Below the pieces are notes generated by a model. That model was given only the letters and a program-made list of their open reading frames with translations, was not told where the DNA came from and did not search any database. This document shows, one piece after another, positions 26,570 to 35,344 of a stretch of 64,000 nucleotides of DNA. A program made the translations under genes and the position numbers. Positions within the stretch are counted from its first letter, which is position 1. Every line of letters starts with the position of its first letter. The stretch lies in NCBI GenBank assembly GCA_015680685.1, contig MNCI01002560.1, forward strand, positions 509,920-573,919, read 5' to 3'. Source of the DNA: Gnetum montanum. Taxonomy: Eukaryota > Plantae > Gnetophyta.

Positions 26570-29500
26570 TTAGCATAGGTGGCCATCTCCCCCATGACTG
26601 AGTTGTGAGGGAGAGATCCGAAGTAGTGAGCGCCTATTTGAATTTCTAAGCAGTGCCCAACTTCTCCAAATTGATGATCTTAAATTCAGGGTTGGAAGTT
26701 GGCGACGCTCACGTTCCAGTGTATCTATGCCACGGTTGTTGGCATGAGTTGCCTCAGTTCGTTCCATGCATATTTGTTTGCCCTTATGAGAAGCTGTCAA
26801 CCACGGGGTGTCTACTACTTCTTGTGTGGTTGCTACATACAGGCATCTTTGTTGCAGAGTTTCCTGGGCACACCTGTGACATGGAGACATTTCCTCCGTG
26901 TCATCACCCGATGAATCACTGTATGTGATGCATGGAACTATCCTCTTCTCGATCTTTCCACATATGTTTATCTTGGAGATTTCCAAGGAAAGATCACGGA
27001 TCCTAAGGCATGCATCTACTGTGCTTAGCCATGCCCTTCCCATTATAATTGGGAAGTCCCCTTCGTTGTTGTTAACATCGATCACTAGGAAGTCTGCTGG
27101 GTAGGACCAACCACACACAGTGGTGATAACGTCCTCCACCAAACCCAATGGGATGGCAATGGACTGGTCTGCCAGCTCCAGTTGAATGTTGCTCTTCTTA
27201 AGTTGGGGCAGGTTCCAGGCGTGATACATCTTTCGCGAAATTAAGTTGACTCCGGAACCTGAGTCAAGAAGAGCTCGATGTGGCGCATTCCCAGCGATCT
27301 GCAAATGAATAAAGGGACTCCCAGGGTCAGTTAGTTTCCTGGGAAGGTGGCCTACCTTGATCCAGTCAGTTACGGTATGTGTTAGCATAACCGTATGCGT
27401 TACATTCCCTTGGACTGAAGGGTGCTCCGAAGTGTTAGTAGTTAGAGGCCTATACATATACCCGTCCGCTTGTTGTTGCGAGAGCCTATCCGGGCTCCTA
27501 GTTCTGAAAAAGGGTCTCCTTTTTGTACAGTTATCGCCAGAACTAGTGTCCGGTTGGATATTTACACTCTGAATATTTACAGATCTCGCGGCGTGACGTT
27601 GCTGCGGTTGGGTAGGTAATTCCCCTTGCATTGTTGGAGCAGGAGGTGTTATGGGAACTACTTGAGGAAAAGGTGCGGGTGGAGTTAGAGGATGGACAGA
27701 ATGTGGAATGTCTCCCGGAGGAGAAGGAGTCCTTCTGAAGTACTCCCGAGCGTAGTAGTGACGGCGTGGAGTGTGACTCATAGCGTCACCTGGAGAAACT
27801 GGCTGCTGCACATAATAACCATAAGGATCAGGCTGCCGGTAAGGGTATCGATGTGTTGGCTGTGGCATCCCCCATGACTGTGGGTATTGCCACTGCTGAT
27901 GTTGCTCGATGGGCTGCGGAGGTGTTCCACTTGGATAATACGTCAAGGGTTGGTGGAACTGCCTCGGGTTACCTTGTGGATAAGGTAACCTTCTGGGTGT
28001 TTGCCGTTGATTAAGTCTTGGATTTAATGCATACACCCCAGACTCCTGCAGATGTGAGATAATTGGACAACATCCCTTAGGATGGTCATAATAGCAGACC
28101 TCACATCCACCGTCATTGTCTGAATCAGAATTTTCAGCCTCATCGGAGTTAGAGATTTTTCCCTTACCCTTGTTATGTGCAGGGTTAAAGTTTCTCCGCT
28201 TGTCTTTGCTTTTATCACTACTTTGCTCATCCTTAGACTCTTCTACAATTTTCAGGACTGTTTCTATTCGTGAGTCTAAGGAATCCCACATTTGGTCTAC
28301 CTTAGCCGATACCTCCGTTGTTAACTTTTGGATCGGCACAGTTTTCCTGTTCACCAACTCTTCGAGTGGTGACTCATCCTCCTCATCACAGAATTTCACT
28401 CCCTTCTTACGAAGGGAGGGATCACGGTTGTATTCCTCCGCACTTTCTCTTTTCCGTAGCTCACCCTCTTCTTGCGCTACTTGTTCCAACAATACTTCAA
28501 CTTCATGGGCTCTTAGTTGGGAGAGTCTCCCTTGGGCGTAAGTCCCAAGAGTTCTTCTCGTTTCATTTCGTAGCCCATCCACGAGGTGGCGAAGTTGATC
28601 CCGCTTAGCGTACCCATGGCCCGGGCAACGATGTAGCAATGTGTAGTAACGGGCCATGGCAGCATCCAAGGATTCATGAGCTCCTTGTTTCCAGCCTTGG
28701 ATCTGCTTACGCAAGTTAGACACTCTGGAGTACGTTTGATATTTGTTGTTGAACAATTCGAGCATCGTACTCCACCTCCTGATGGTTTCCGGTTCTAAGG
28801 ACCGGTACCAGCTTTCTGCTTCTTTAGTGAGTGTCCTTGGGAACAACTTGAGTTTCTGCCACTCATTGTCTATGTTCTGCAAGGCACAGGCGTCGTGGAA
28901 TGCCTGTAAATGATGTTGAGGATCAGCGTTGTATCCCCCTTCAAAACGTGGGATATTATTTATATCCAAACGCTTGATCCTACTGTCTTTCAAATGCCTT
29001 GTGGGAATCCTAACTGCCTCTCTAATGTCAAGCATACTTCGGGTTGCGAATAGGGGTTCGTCATGATCATCTCTTTCATGACGTCTGTGATGTCTACGTT
29101 GTGGTTCCCTATTCTCCCTACGTCCTTGCCCTTGTCCTAACTCCTCTCGACCTTCTTGTCGAGGCATTTCATCTCTTTTACCTTTACTCTCCGCGTTATG
29201 CTCATGGTGGCTGCGCCCAGATGTGGAAGGAGAGGGTGAATGATGTGATGAAGGGGAAGAAGAAGGGGATCCATCACCATGGTGATGTTTCTTGCCTTCT
29301 CTTCGGCTGCTTCGGCCCCGATCGTTGTGACGATCAACGAGTCCGTCATTAGTGCGAGTGATTGTTCCTGCCGTGAACAGCTGGTGCTCACGGGGATCAG
29401 AGCCTGGAATATGTATCGTTGATCTAAGGCCCTGATGCCTAACCTCTTCACCAGAGTGAGGAGGAGGAACATCATTTTCTAAGAAACCCGTTGTGAGGGG

Positions 29501-29914
29501 TTCCTCGTCTCCTATTTCACTAATGACGTGGGAAACCTTGCCCTTCAGTAGTGAATGTTGGCTCTCCTGCCTTGCATCCCGAATACGTTGGGCTTTTGTG
29601 GGTTGATAATCCCTCAGAGTGTAATCATCCGCAACGTATTCAGTAATCAGCTCTTGCATGCCATACCGTACCAAGGCACGGAAAAGCATGTTGGAAGCAG
29701 ATCGATCTGGGGGTAACACGATGTTACCTTGCATGTCTCTCCACCGCAGTTGCTCATCTTGATGGAAAACAAAGGTAAAATCCGGCACATACTCATCGGG
29801 ATGAGTATATGTGACCTTAGATTGTTGAGGACATGGTTGATCTCGGTTATGCGTATGATGCTGACTTTCTCCTGTATTGTCCTTAGGTGAGTTGATTTCG
29901 TGAGAAGAAGCCAT
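26570..29914 (-). CDS. gag: Gag-aspartic protease polyprotein, 1114 aa, uninterrupted
   Basis: Retrotransposon-gag core KLKLFPRTLTKEAESWYRSL...WSTMLELFNNKY; zinc-knuckle variant CEVCYYDHPKGCC; protease ALLDSGSGVNLI...IIMGRAWL; no RT YxDD, RNaseH or integrase motifs. Confidence 0.95.
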   Translation of the reverse strand: MASSHEINSPKDNTGESQHHTHNRDQPCPQQSKVTYTHPDEYVPDFTFVFHQDEQLRWRDMQGNIVLPPDRSASNMLFRALVRYGMQELITEYVADDYTLRDYQPTKAQRIRDARQESQHSLLKGKVSHVISEIGDEEPLTTGFLENDVPPPHSGEEVRHQGLRSTIHIPGSDPREHQLFTAGTITRTNDGLVDRHNDRGRSSRREGKKHHHGDGSPSSSPSSHHSPSPSTSGRSHHEHNAESKGKRDEMPRQEGREELGQGQGRRENREPQRRHHRRHERDDHDEPLFATRSMLDIREAVRIPTRHLKDSRIKRLDINNIPRFEGGYNADPQHHLQAFHDACALQNIDNEWQKLKLFPRTLTKEAESWYRSLEPETIRRWSTMLELFNNKYQTYSRVSNLRKQIQGWKQGAHESLDAAMARYYTLLHRCPGHGYAKRDQLRHLVDGLRNETRRTLGTYAQGRLSQLRAHEVEVLLEQVAQEEGELRKRESAEEYNRDPSLRKKGVKFCDEEDESPLEELVNRKTVPIQKLTTEVSAKVDQMWDSLDSRIETVLKIVEESKDEQSSDKSKDKRRNFNPAHNKGKGKISNSDEAENSDSDNDGGCEVCYYDHPKGCCPIISHLQESGVYALNPRLNQRQTPRRLPYPQGNPRQFHQPLTYYPSGTPPQPIEQHQQWQYPQSWGMPQPTHRYPYRQPDPYGYYVQQPVSPGDAMSHTPRRHYYAREYFRRTPSPPGDIPHSVHPLTPPAPFPQVVPITPPAPTMQGELPTQPQQRHAARSVNIQSVNIQPDTSSGDNCTKRRPFFRTRSPDRLSQQQADGYMYRPLTTNTSEHPSVQGNVTHTVMLTHTVTDWIKVGHLPRKLTDPGSPFIHLQIAGNAPHRALLDSGSGVNLISRKMYHAWNLPQLKKSNIQLELADQSIAIPLGLVEDVITTVCGWSYPADFLVIDVNNNEGDFPIIMGRAWLSTVDACLRIRDLSLEISKINICGKIEKRIVPCITYSDSSGDDTEEMSPCHRCAQETLQQRCLYVATTQEVVDTPWLTASHKGKQICMERTEATHANNRGIDTLERERRQLPTLNLRSSIWRSWALLRNSNRRSLLRISPSQLSHGGDGHLC

Positions 29915-30041
29915 TTCTATTGGTGTGCTAACTTCACCGTTATTTATTGTTCTTGATTAACTGATTAACCCTAAGGTTCGTTTTAAGCTCACAACGATGT
30001 GAGTGATATCCCTTATGTTAAATTGGCGAAAAAACACTTAG

Positions 30042-30059
30042 TCCCCGGCAACGGCGCCA
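30042..30059 (-). promoter_or_regulatory. Primer-binding site complementary to the tRNA-Asp 3' end (Athila-type)
   Basis: Minus strand reads TGGCGCCGTTGCCGGGGA one base after the 5' LTR, complementary to plant tRNA-Asp ...TCCCCGGCAACGGCGCCA. Confidence 0.93.
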
Positions 30060-30341
30060 ATGATGAGTGGCGAGGTACCCCTACACTCCACCATACGAAT
30101 ACGAGCGTACACGCGCGATCCGGTCGAACTCCGCAGACTAAATGCCTTAACGCCACAAGAAACACTTGGGGTTAATCGTTCGTTGTCTTCCCAGGCTTGC
30201 TTGTATGTGTCACGGTGTATGGTTAAGCAAGTCTGAGGTATGTGATTTTTTTGGTATTTTCGGCTTATCTTCTATGCTACCAGGAGAAAGGGTTGAGAAA
30301 ACTAAACTAACTCTAACTAAGATCTAAGTCTAAATTAACTA

Positions 30342-30766
30342 GCGTCAGCATCCGTTCCCACTTGCCGGACACACCCTGAACTATGCAACTGCAGCTTACC
30401 AAACGCTAATCGTTACTGGGATCGCCACACGTAACGCAAGTGCTCGAAGTGGTCGTACTGAGGCACCTATTTAGCCTACGTGTGATAAGCAGCCGATTCC
30501 TTAGCCAGCCGTACACACCCGTGGGTGCTCGTAACTAAGTCGTACTTATCACACGATCTAGCCTAGCAATGAGCAGCCGATTCCTCAACTAGCCGTACAC
30601 ATTAGACCCGGGAGTTACCAAGCGCAGAATCCTGGAATACGCTACTGGGTTACCAAGCATCCAATGCTCGTAATTGAGTCGTACTCATGCATTGCGTCAA
30701 GCAGCCGATTCCTTGACTAGCTGTACACGTCCGTAGACGCTCGTAATCAAGTCGTACTTGAACGCA
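30342..30766 (-). ncRNA. Array of four structured cis-RNA modules in U5/5' leader (5' LTR copy)
   Basis: Units 30342-30464, 30479-30555, 30566-30690 and 30693-30766 share conserved loop sequences while stems differ by compensatory changes; G-U pairs and cUACGg/cCACGg loops favour the minus strand. Confidence 0.8.
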
Positions 30767-30835
30767 CTAGGAAAGCAGGAAATAAAAGCAATAAATGAAA
30801 CCACGTGCTGCAAGGTTTATCCAAACAAGTTCGTC

Positions 30836-30841
30836 TTTATT
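30836..30841 (-). terminator. Putative LTR polyadenylation signal
   Basis: Minus-strand AATAAA ~170 nt downstream of the TATA box, followed by a U-rich tract (~30778-30800). Confidence 0.5.
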
Positions 30842-31008
30842 GCGGTACACAACTTGGGTTTAGGTTACAAGCTGCTCGAATAAAGAGCCCTTCACTCTAG
30901 GACTCCTACTGCGGGCACATGGGGAAAAACTCTAACTCTGGAGTGATCAATCTGCCAGAGCTTCGCTACACTAGCCAGGATTTGGAAAATAAAGGGAGTG
31001 CCGCCTCT

Positions 31009-31017
31009 TATTTATAG
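31009..31017 (-). promoter_or_regulatory. TATA box of the young element LTR
   Basis: Minus strand CTATAAATA just downstream of the GC-rich U3 array; present in both LTRs. Confidence 0.75.
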
Positions 31018-31031
31018 ATATGGCGGTGGGA

Positions 31032-31238
31032 CGCGATATTGCGTACGCGATATCGCAGGAGAAGATGCGATATCACGTACGCAATATCGCATGTGATGCG
31101 ATATCGCGACGGCCGCGATATCGCGTACGCGATATCGCGTACGCGATATCGCAGGAGAAGACGCGATATCGCGTACGCAATATCGCATGTGATGCGATAT
31201 CGCGACGGCCACGATATCGCGTACGCGATATCGCGGCC
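31032..31238. repeat. CpG-dense palindromic array (GCGATATCGCGTAC units) in U3
   Basis: Repeated gcgatatcgc/gcgtacgc palindromes with a duplicated ~82-bp block; the other LTR is an N gap here but shows the same flanking units. Confidence 0.92.
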
Positions 31239-31859
31239 TAGTGTAAATCGCGTCTCATCAGCTAGTGTTAGCCAAAATAGTTTATTGTTTGAACAATTTA
31301 TTTGGCTATGGTTATGATATTATGGACATTTTAACTTGAACTTTAATTTTAAATTTCAAATTTTAATTCTTTTATGACATTATACCATTATGGTTTTGTT
31401 TATGTTATGGTTCTATGTCATAATCTATGTTTTGGCTACATTGGACAAAATTGGTTGTCATGTGATAAAAGGTAATAAAGTTATAAACTAAAAGATAAAT
31501 GAGATATAAGATTGTTTGCTAGTTTAAGGCCATGTCAGGCCATGTGGTATTTTCTAGTTTAACGCCATAGTAGGTTGTATGATACTTAAAAGAAAATGAT
31601 TTTTTTTAGATATTTCATGTTTTATAAAGTTTTATGGATTTTTTTAGTTTTAGAATTTTTATGACATTTTTAGATATTTTGAACAAATAAGAAACAAGCT
31701 TCAATTGTGATAGAAAAAAATTAAACTCTAAGCTATAGGAAAATAAAGAAGTCAATGTAAAGTAAAACAAGGTTGCAAATACAAAGGTAAATAAAGTAGA
31801 AACTAGGCTATCAAGCTATAAGTACATATCGTTATAGTGTTGTAAGCACATAGGGTGTA

Positions 31860-34800
31860 AGAAGGATTAGGAGCATATATCACTTATGTAATTGTTTCAT
31901 AATCTTTGAGAGATTGAAAAACGCATTTGGTATGTTCTGCAGTAGTTTATATTTTTCATTTCCTTCACTTACAATGTTGAAGGGGAGCTCTTCCCATGGC
32001 ACATAGATGGGCTTATCATCATTCATTTTGGCCTCTTTCATCAATTTATTTAATTTTATGACTAACAGTAGAAGTTTCTTCCTAAAACTTCACTTTAGAT
32101 CCTTTCTCAACATTGACATTGTTAATAGCTAAGGTGACCACACTTTTGCCATGAATAATGATTTCACCTTTCTCATATGATAGGGTAATTTCTTAGTGAA
32201 TAGATGAAGATACAAACTACAGTTGGGCTAGCCAAGGTCTTCCTAGGATGAGGTTAAATCCTAGTGTTTCCTCTATCACTAAGAAATTTTTCATTGTGGG
32301 GATCTATTTCTTTTCCATGAAGTCTAGAGAAATGGAACCTTTGACTACAACCCATAATCTAGTAAAGGATTTAAGGACTGAGATCATGGTATGTTGCATT
32401 TGTTCCATTAGGCCTAAGCATTCAACGATGGTATAGGGTATGACATTGGTCACCGTTCCATCATCTACATGCATCCTATGTACTTTATATTATCCAACCC
32501 AAATGGTAATAAATAAAGGTACCTTGGTTACTTTTCCATTTTGGGGATTTGTCTTAACATCGTTATCATGAAACACCAGCAATGTTGATTTCAATTACTT
32601 AGATAAAGAGGGTACAATGACTATATGGATAGACTCTTTATAAGTGGGGACATCCTCACTAACAAGAATGGAGGTCAACATCTTAATCAATGCGTGATGA
32701 TGGGCAGTAGAAGTTCTTACTTGGTCATAGAAGCTCAAGGTTATATTCTTTTGTTTGAAAAATTACTTAAATTATTCCATCACATTGAGGAACTCTTTCT
32801 TATTATTAGTTAATTTTTTGTTTCTAACTTCCTCCAAGCATCCAAAAATATGAACTTCATGCTTGGATTGTTGTTGGCACCTAGCCTTTCTTTTCTCTTC
32901 TTTGTGTTTTGGATCTTTCCATGGCTTACTTGTTGAAGCAACCTTGGTTGTAGAAGTCATGGGAATAGATGAAATGGGAGCAGGCTTCATTAGGCCCACT
33001 TCCTTCGTTGAATTGGTCTACTTATAAATCTTGTTTTTGGCTTTCTATATAGCCTTCTTCTAATGTTTGGTTGGGGATTTCTCATTATTCCTAGTTGGTT
33101 GCGAGGAAGAAGAAGCTGCATTGGATACCATAGGGGGTTGTTTCTTGTTGCTAGGGTAGGTTGTGTTGTAGAGGGTTGGGACACCTCGTTGAAAAAATTC
33201 TCCTTATGAGACATTTGGGATTTTACCCTTATAAGAAAAAGTGGTCTTGAGCTAGTAGAAGTTGAAGATCCTTTGTCATTGCTAGGGGGTACCCAAATCA
33301 TGAATGACTCCCTCGTAGGCATTTGATTATTGTCAATGTTGAATTTCAATACAATGTATGAATTTTTGTTGATGTTCAGCAAGTCCTTTTATATGTTCAT
33401 CAACTGATTTTGATGCGTAATAGGATTGGATGTGTCTCATACCAATTTTTCCCTATCAATCATCCTTTTGAGGTTATCCTTAAGTGCAAGGAAGAAATCC
33501 ATAACGTGACCTAGAAACTAATGGTAATGGAAAAAGTGGTTAAGTTTAAAGTATTTTGGTACTAGAGGGTCATATTTGATTACTTGGGTATGATCTTTGA
33601 CTTTTTTGCAACACCTATTATGCCCCTTGTAGGCATTCTCAATCATTTATTTGTATTGAGTCCTCCCTCTCTTCAATAGTTGGTCTAAGAGCTCTAACAG
33701 CTTAAGGTGTAACTTGGTGTAGTTGGATCAATATTTTTATGCAAATTTAGGCCTAGACATAGTTAATGGAATGGCCTTAGAGGTTAATGTTTGATTTTTG
33801 TTATTAGTAGTAGGGACCTTCGGTTTATTGTTCTTTGGTCCTTCATTGGTTGGATTACTTTCCTTGGTTATGGTTGCTATGGACACACTATGTTGCATAC
33901 CCTTTTCTTTGTCTTTCTGCATATGTTGATTCTTGTATGCCACATAGGCAGGATCATGACTAGATTATGTGGAATCTTCTATATTCTTAGTTTGGAAAAA
34001 GGCTTGACTAAGAGAACATGGATCAAGGAAATATAATTTTGATTTCATAAAATTGTTAACTTTCCCCTTGAAGATAGCCAAGAGGTGTGTTTCAGCTATT
34101 GGCTCTAGTATTTAATTAATCAGAGTGTTCCATCATTGGATGAACTTCTGCATTGGCTCAAGGTGTCCTTGCTTGACCTTCATTAGTTGGCCAAGTATGG
34201 TATCAAGTTTCAAGGTATACTTGAAATGGTTAACAGATTGCAAAATTAACTTGTCCAAAGAGGATATGGATCCTCTTGGCAAGGCATGATAGTAATTAAG
34301 TGATTTTCCTAATAAAAGCATAGGAAAGATTCACATGATAGTTGTAGCCAAGCCTATAACAACAAGAACTTACAATAAAATGTAATTAGATGAGTGTTGG
34401 GATTACCTTCTTTGTTGTACTTGCTGAATTGAGGGATAGGGACTTCCAAAGTAAGTGTCAAGGGTGGGTCCATAAGACTAATGGGATAATCTTAGTAAAT
34501 ATTCATAATCTTAACACTTTGTGAAGTAGAGGCTTTGAGCCATTTCAACTTCTCTGTTAGGTCTTAGATCATCTAGAAGGCCTAATCTAGGCCTTGTGGT
34601 ATCCTTGCTAGTTGTGGGATTTGGATGAATGATTGAGGTATACATTGTGAAGCTTATGGCCTTGGTATTGGTTGTAAGATGGCCTTGTGTCATGGTTGTA
34701 ATCTATTAGCCAAATAAGGAAAGATATGTTTGTCCTAGTATCTTAGGCACAAATGGAATGAAGGAGGTATGCAACCCTTGAGTTGCTTGGGATCCCATGG

Positions 34801-35314
34801 TGGACCCTACATGGGTGGTTAGTGGGTGTGTAGTAGTGATAACCACCATTGATGAATATATAGATTAGGGCCATGTGGGAAAAGGCATAAATAATTTTAT
34901 AGTTGTTGGTTATGAAATTAACTAGATCTAATGCTTGGCTATGACTAACATGGGTTTAATTGTAATAGGGTAGGAGGGGGTAGAAGATGATGACACCATG
35001 CCCATGGAGAATACAAAGGCATTAGGGAAAGGCTTGGTGGCCTTGGAACTCACTTGTTGGAAAAACACACCTAGGATGTTTTTGAGCTTAAATTATATCC
35101 TAAACTCATCATTTTCTTCTTGTTGTTCCTCTGAGTTGCACTTTTCATCTTCCTCTCCCATCTCAATCAATTTAGCTAGGATGCCAGCATAGACATCGTT
35201 GAGGGGTATTTGGTCATATAGGAAAGGGATATACTCCTTTCCACATTGGTGTATGAGCTGAAACTCCCTTTTGGGTTCTACTTTCACACATGGAATTAGA
35301 GTGCCAAAATGCAT
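31860..35314 (-). pseudogene. gag: gag-protease pseudogene of element B
   Basis: gag core LLGKSLNYYHALPRGSISS...LMKVKQG; YH..LGH...ALKDNL..MID motif (~33460-33540); protease RMHVDDGTVTNVIP and FNLILGRPWL (~32220-32480). Confidence 0.85.
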
Positions 35315-35344
35315 TTTGGCACAAATGTAGTTCTAATGATCTTT

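Larger units (their letters stand above)
23299..31260 (-). mobile_element. Young non-autonomous Athila-like Ty3/gypsy LTR retrotransposon (gag-protease only)
   Basis: Two ~1.2-kb direct repeats with TGATGAG...CTCATCA termini; GCTAG duplicated at 23294-23298 and 31261-31265; tRNA-Asp PBS; one intact ORF; CpG-rich compared with the flanks. Confidence 0.97.
30061..31260 (-). repeat. 5' LTR of the young element (1200 bp)
   Basis: Starts tgatgagtgg at 30061, ends tctcatca at 31260, abuts the PBS; about 15 substitutions plus 1 indel versus the other LTR over ~980 bases compared by eye. Confidence 0.97.

Noticed and set aside
26653-29352. Plus-strand ORFs antisense to gag-PR
   Set aside because: Short shadow ORFs with no recognisable motifs.
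30042-30059. tRNA gene
   Set aside because: Only the 18-nt 3' end matches; it is a PBS.
30342-30766. Hammerhead (retrozyme) or hairpin ribozyme assignment for the LTR modules
   Set aside because: No CUGANGA/GAAA core or hairpin loop A/B consensus on either strand; left as an unclassified structure.
31012-31317. Arg-rich ORFs on both strands (also 24235-24553)
   Set aside because: By-products of the stop-free palindromic CpG array and N gaps.
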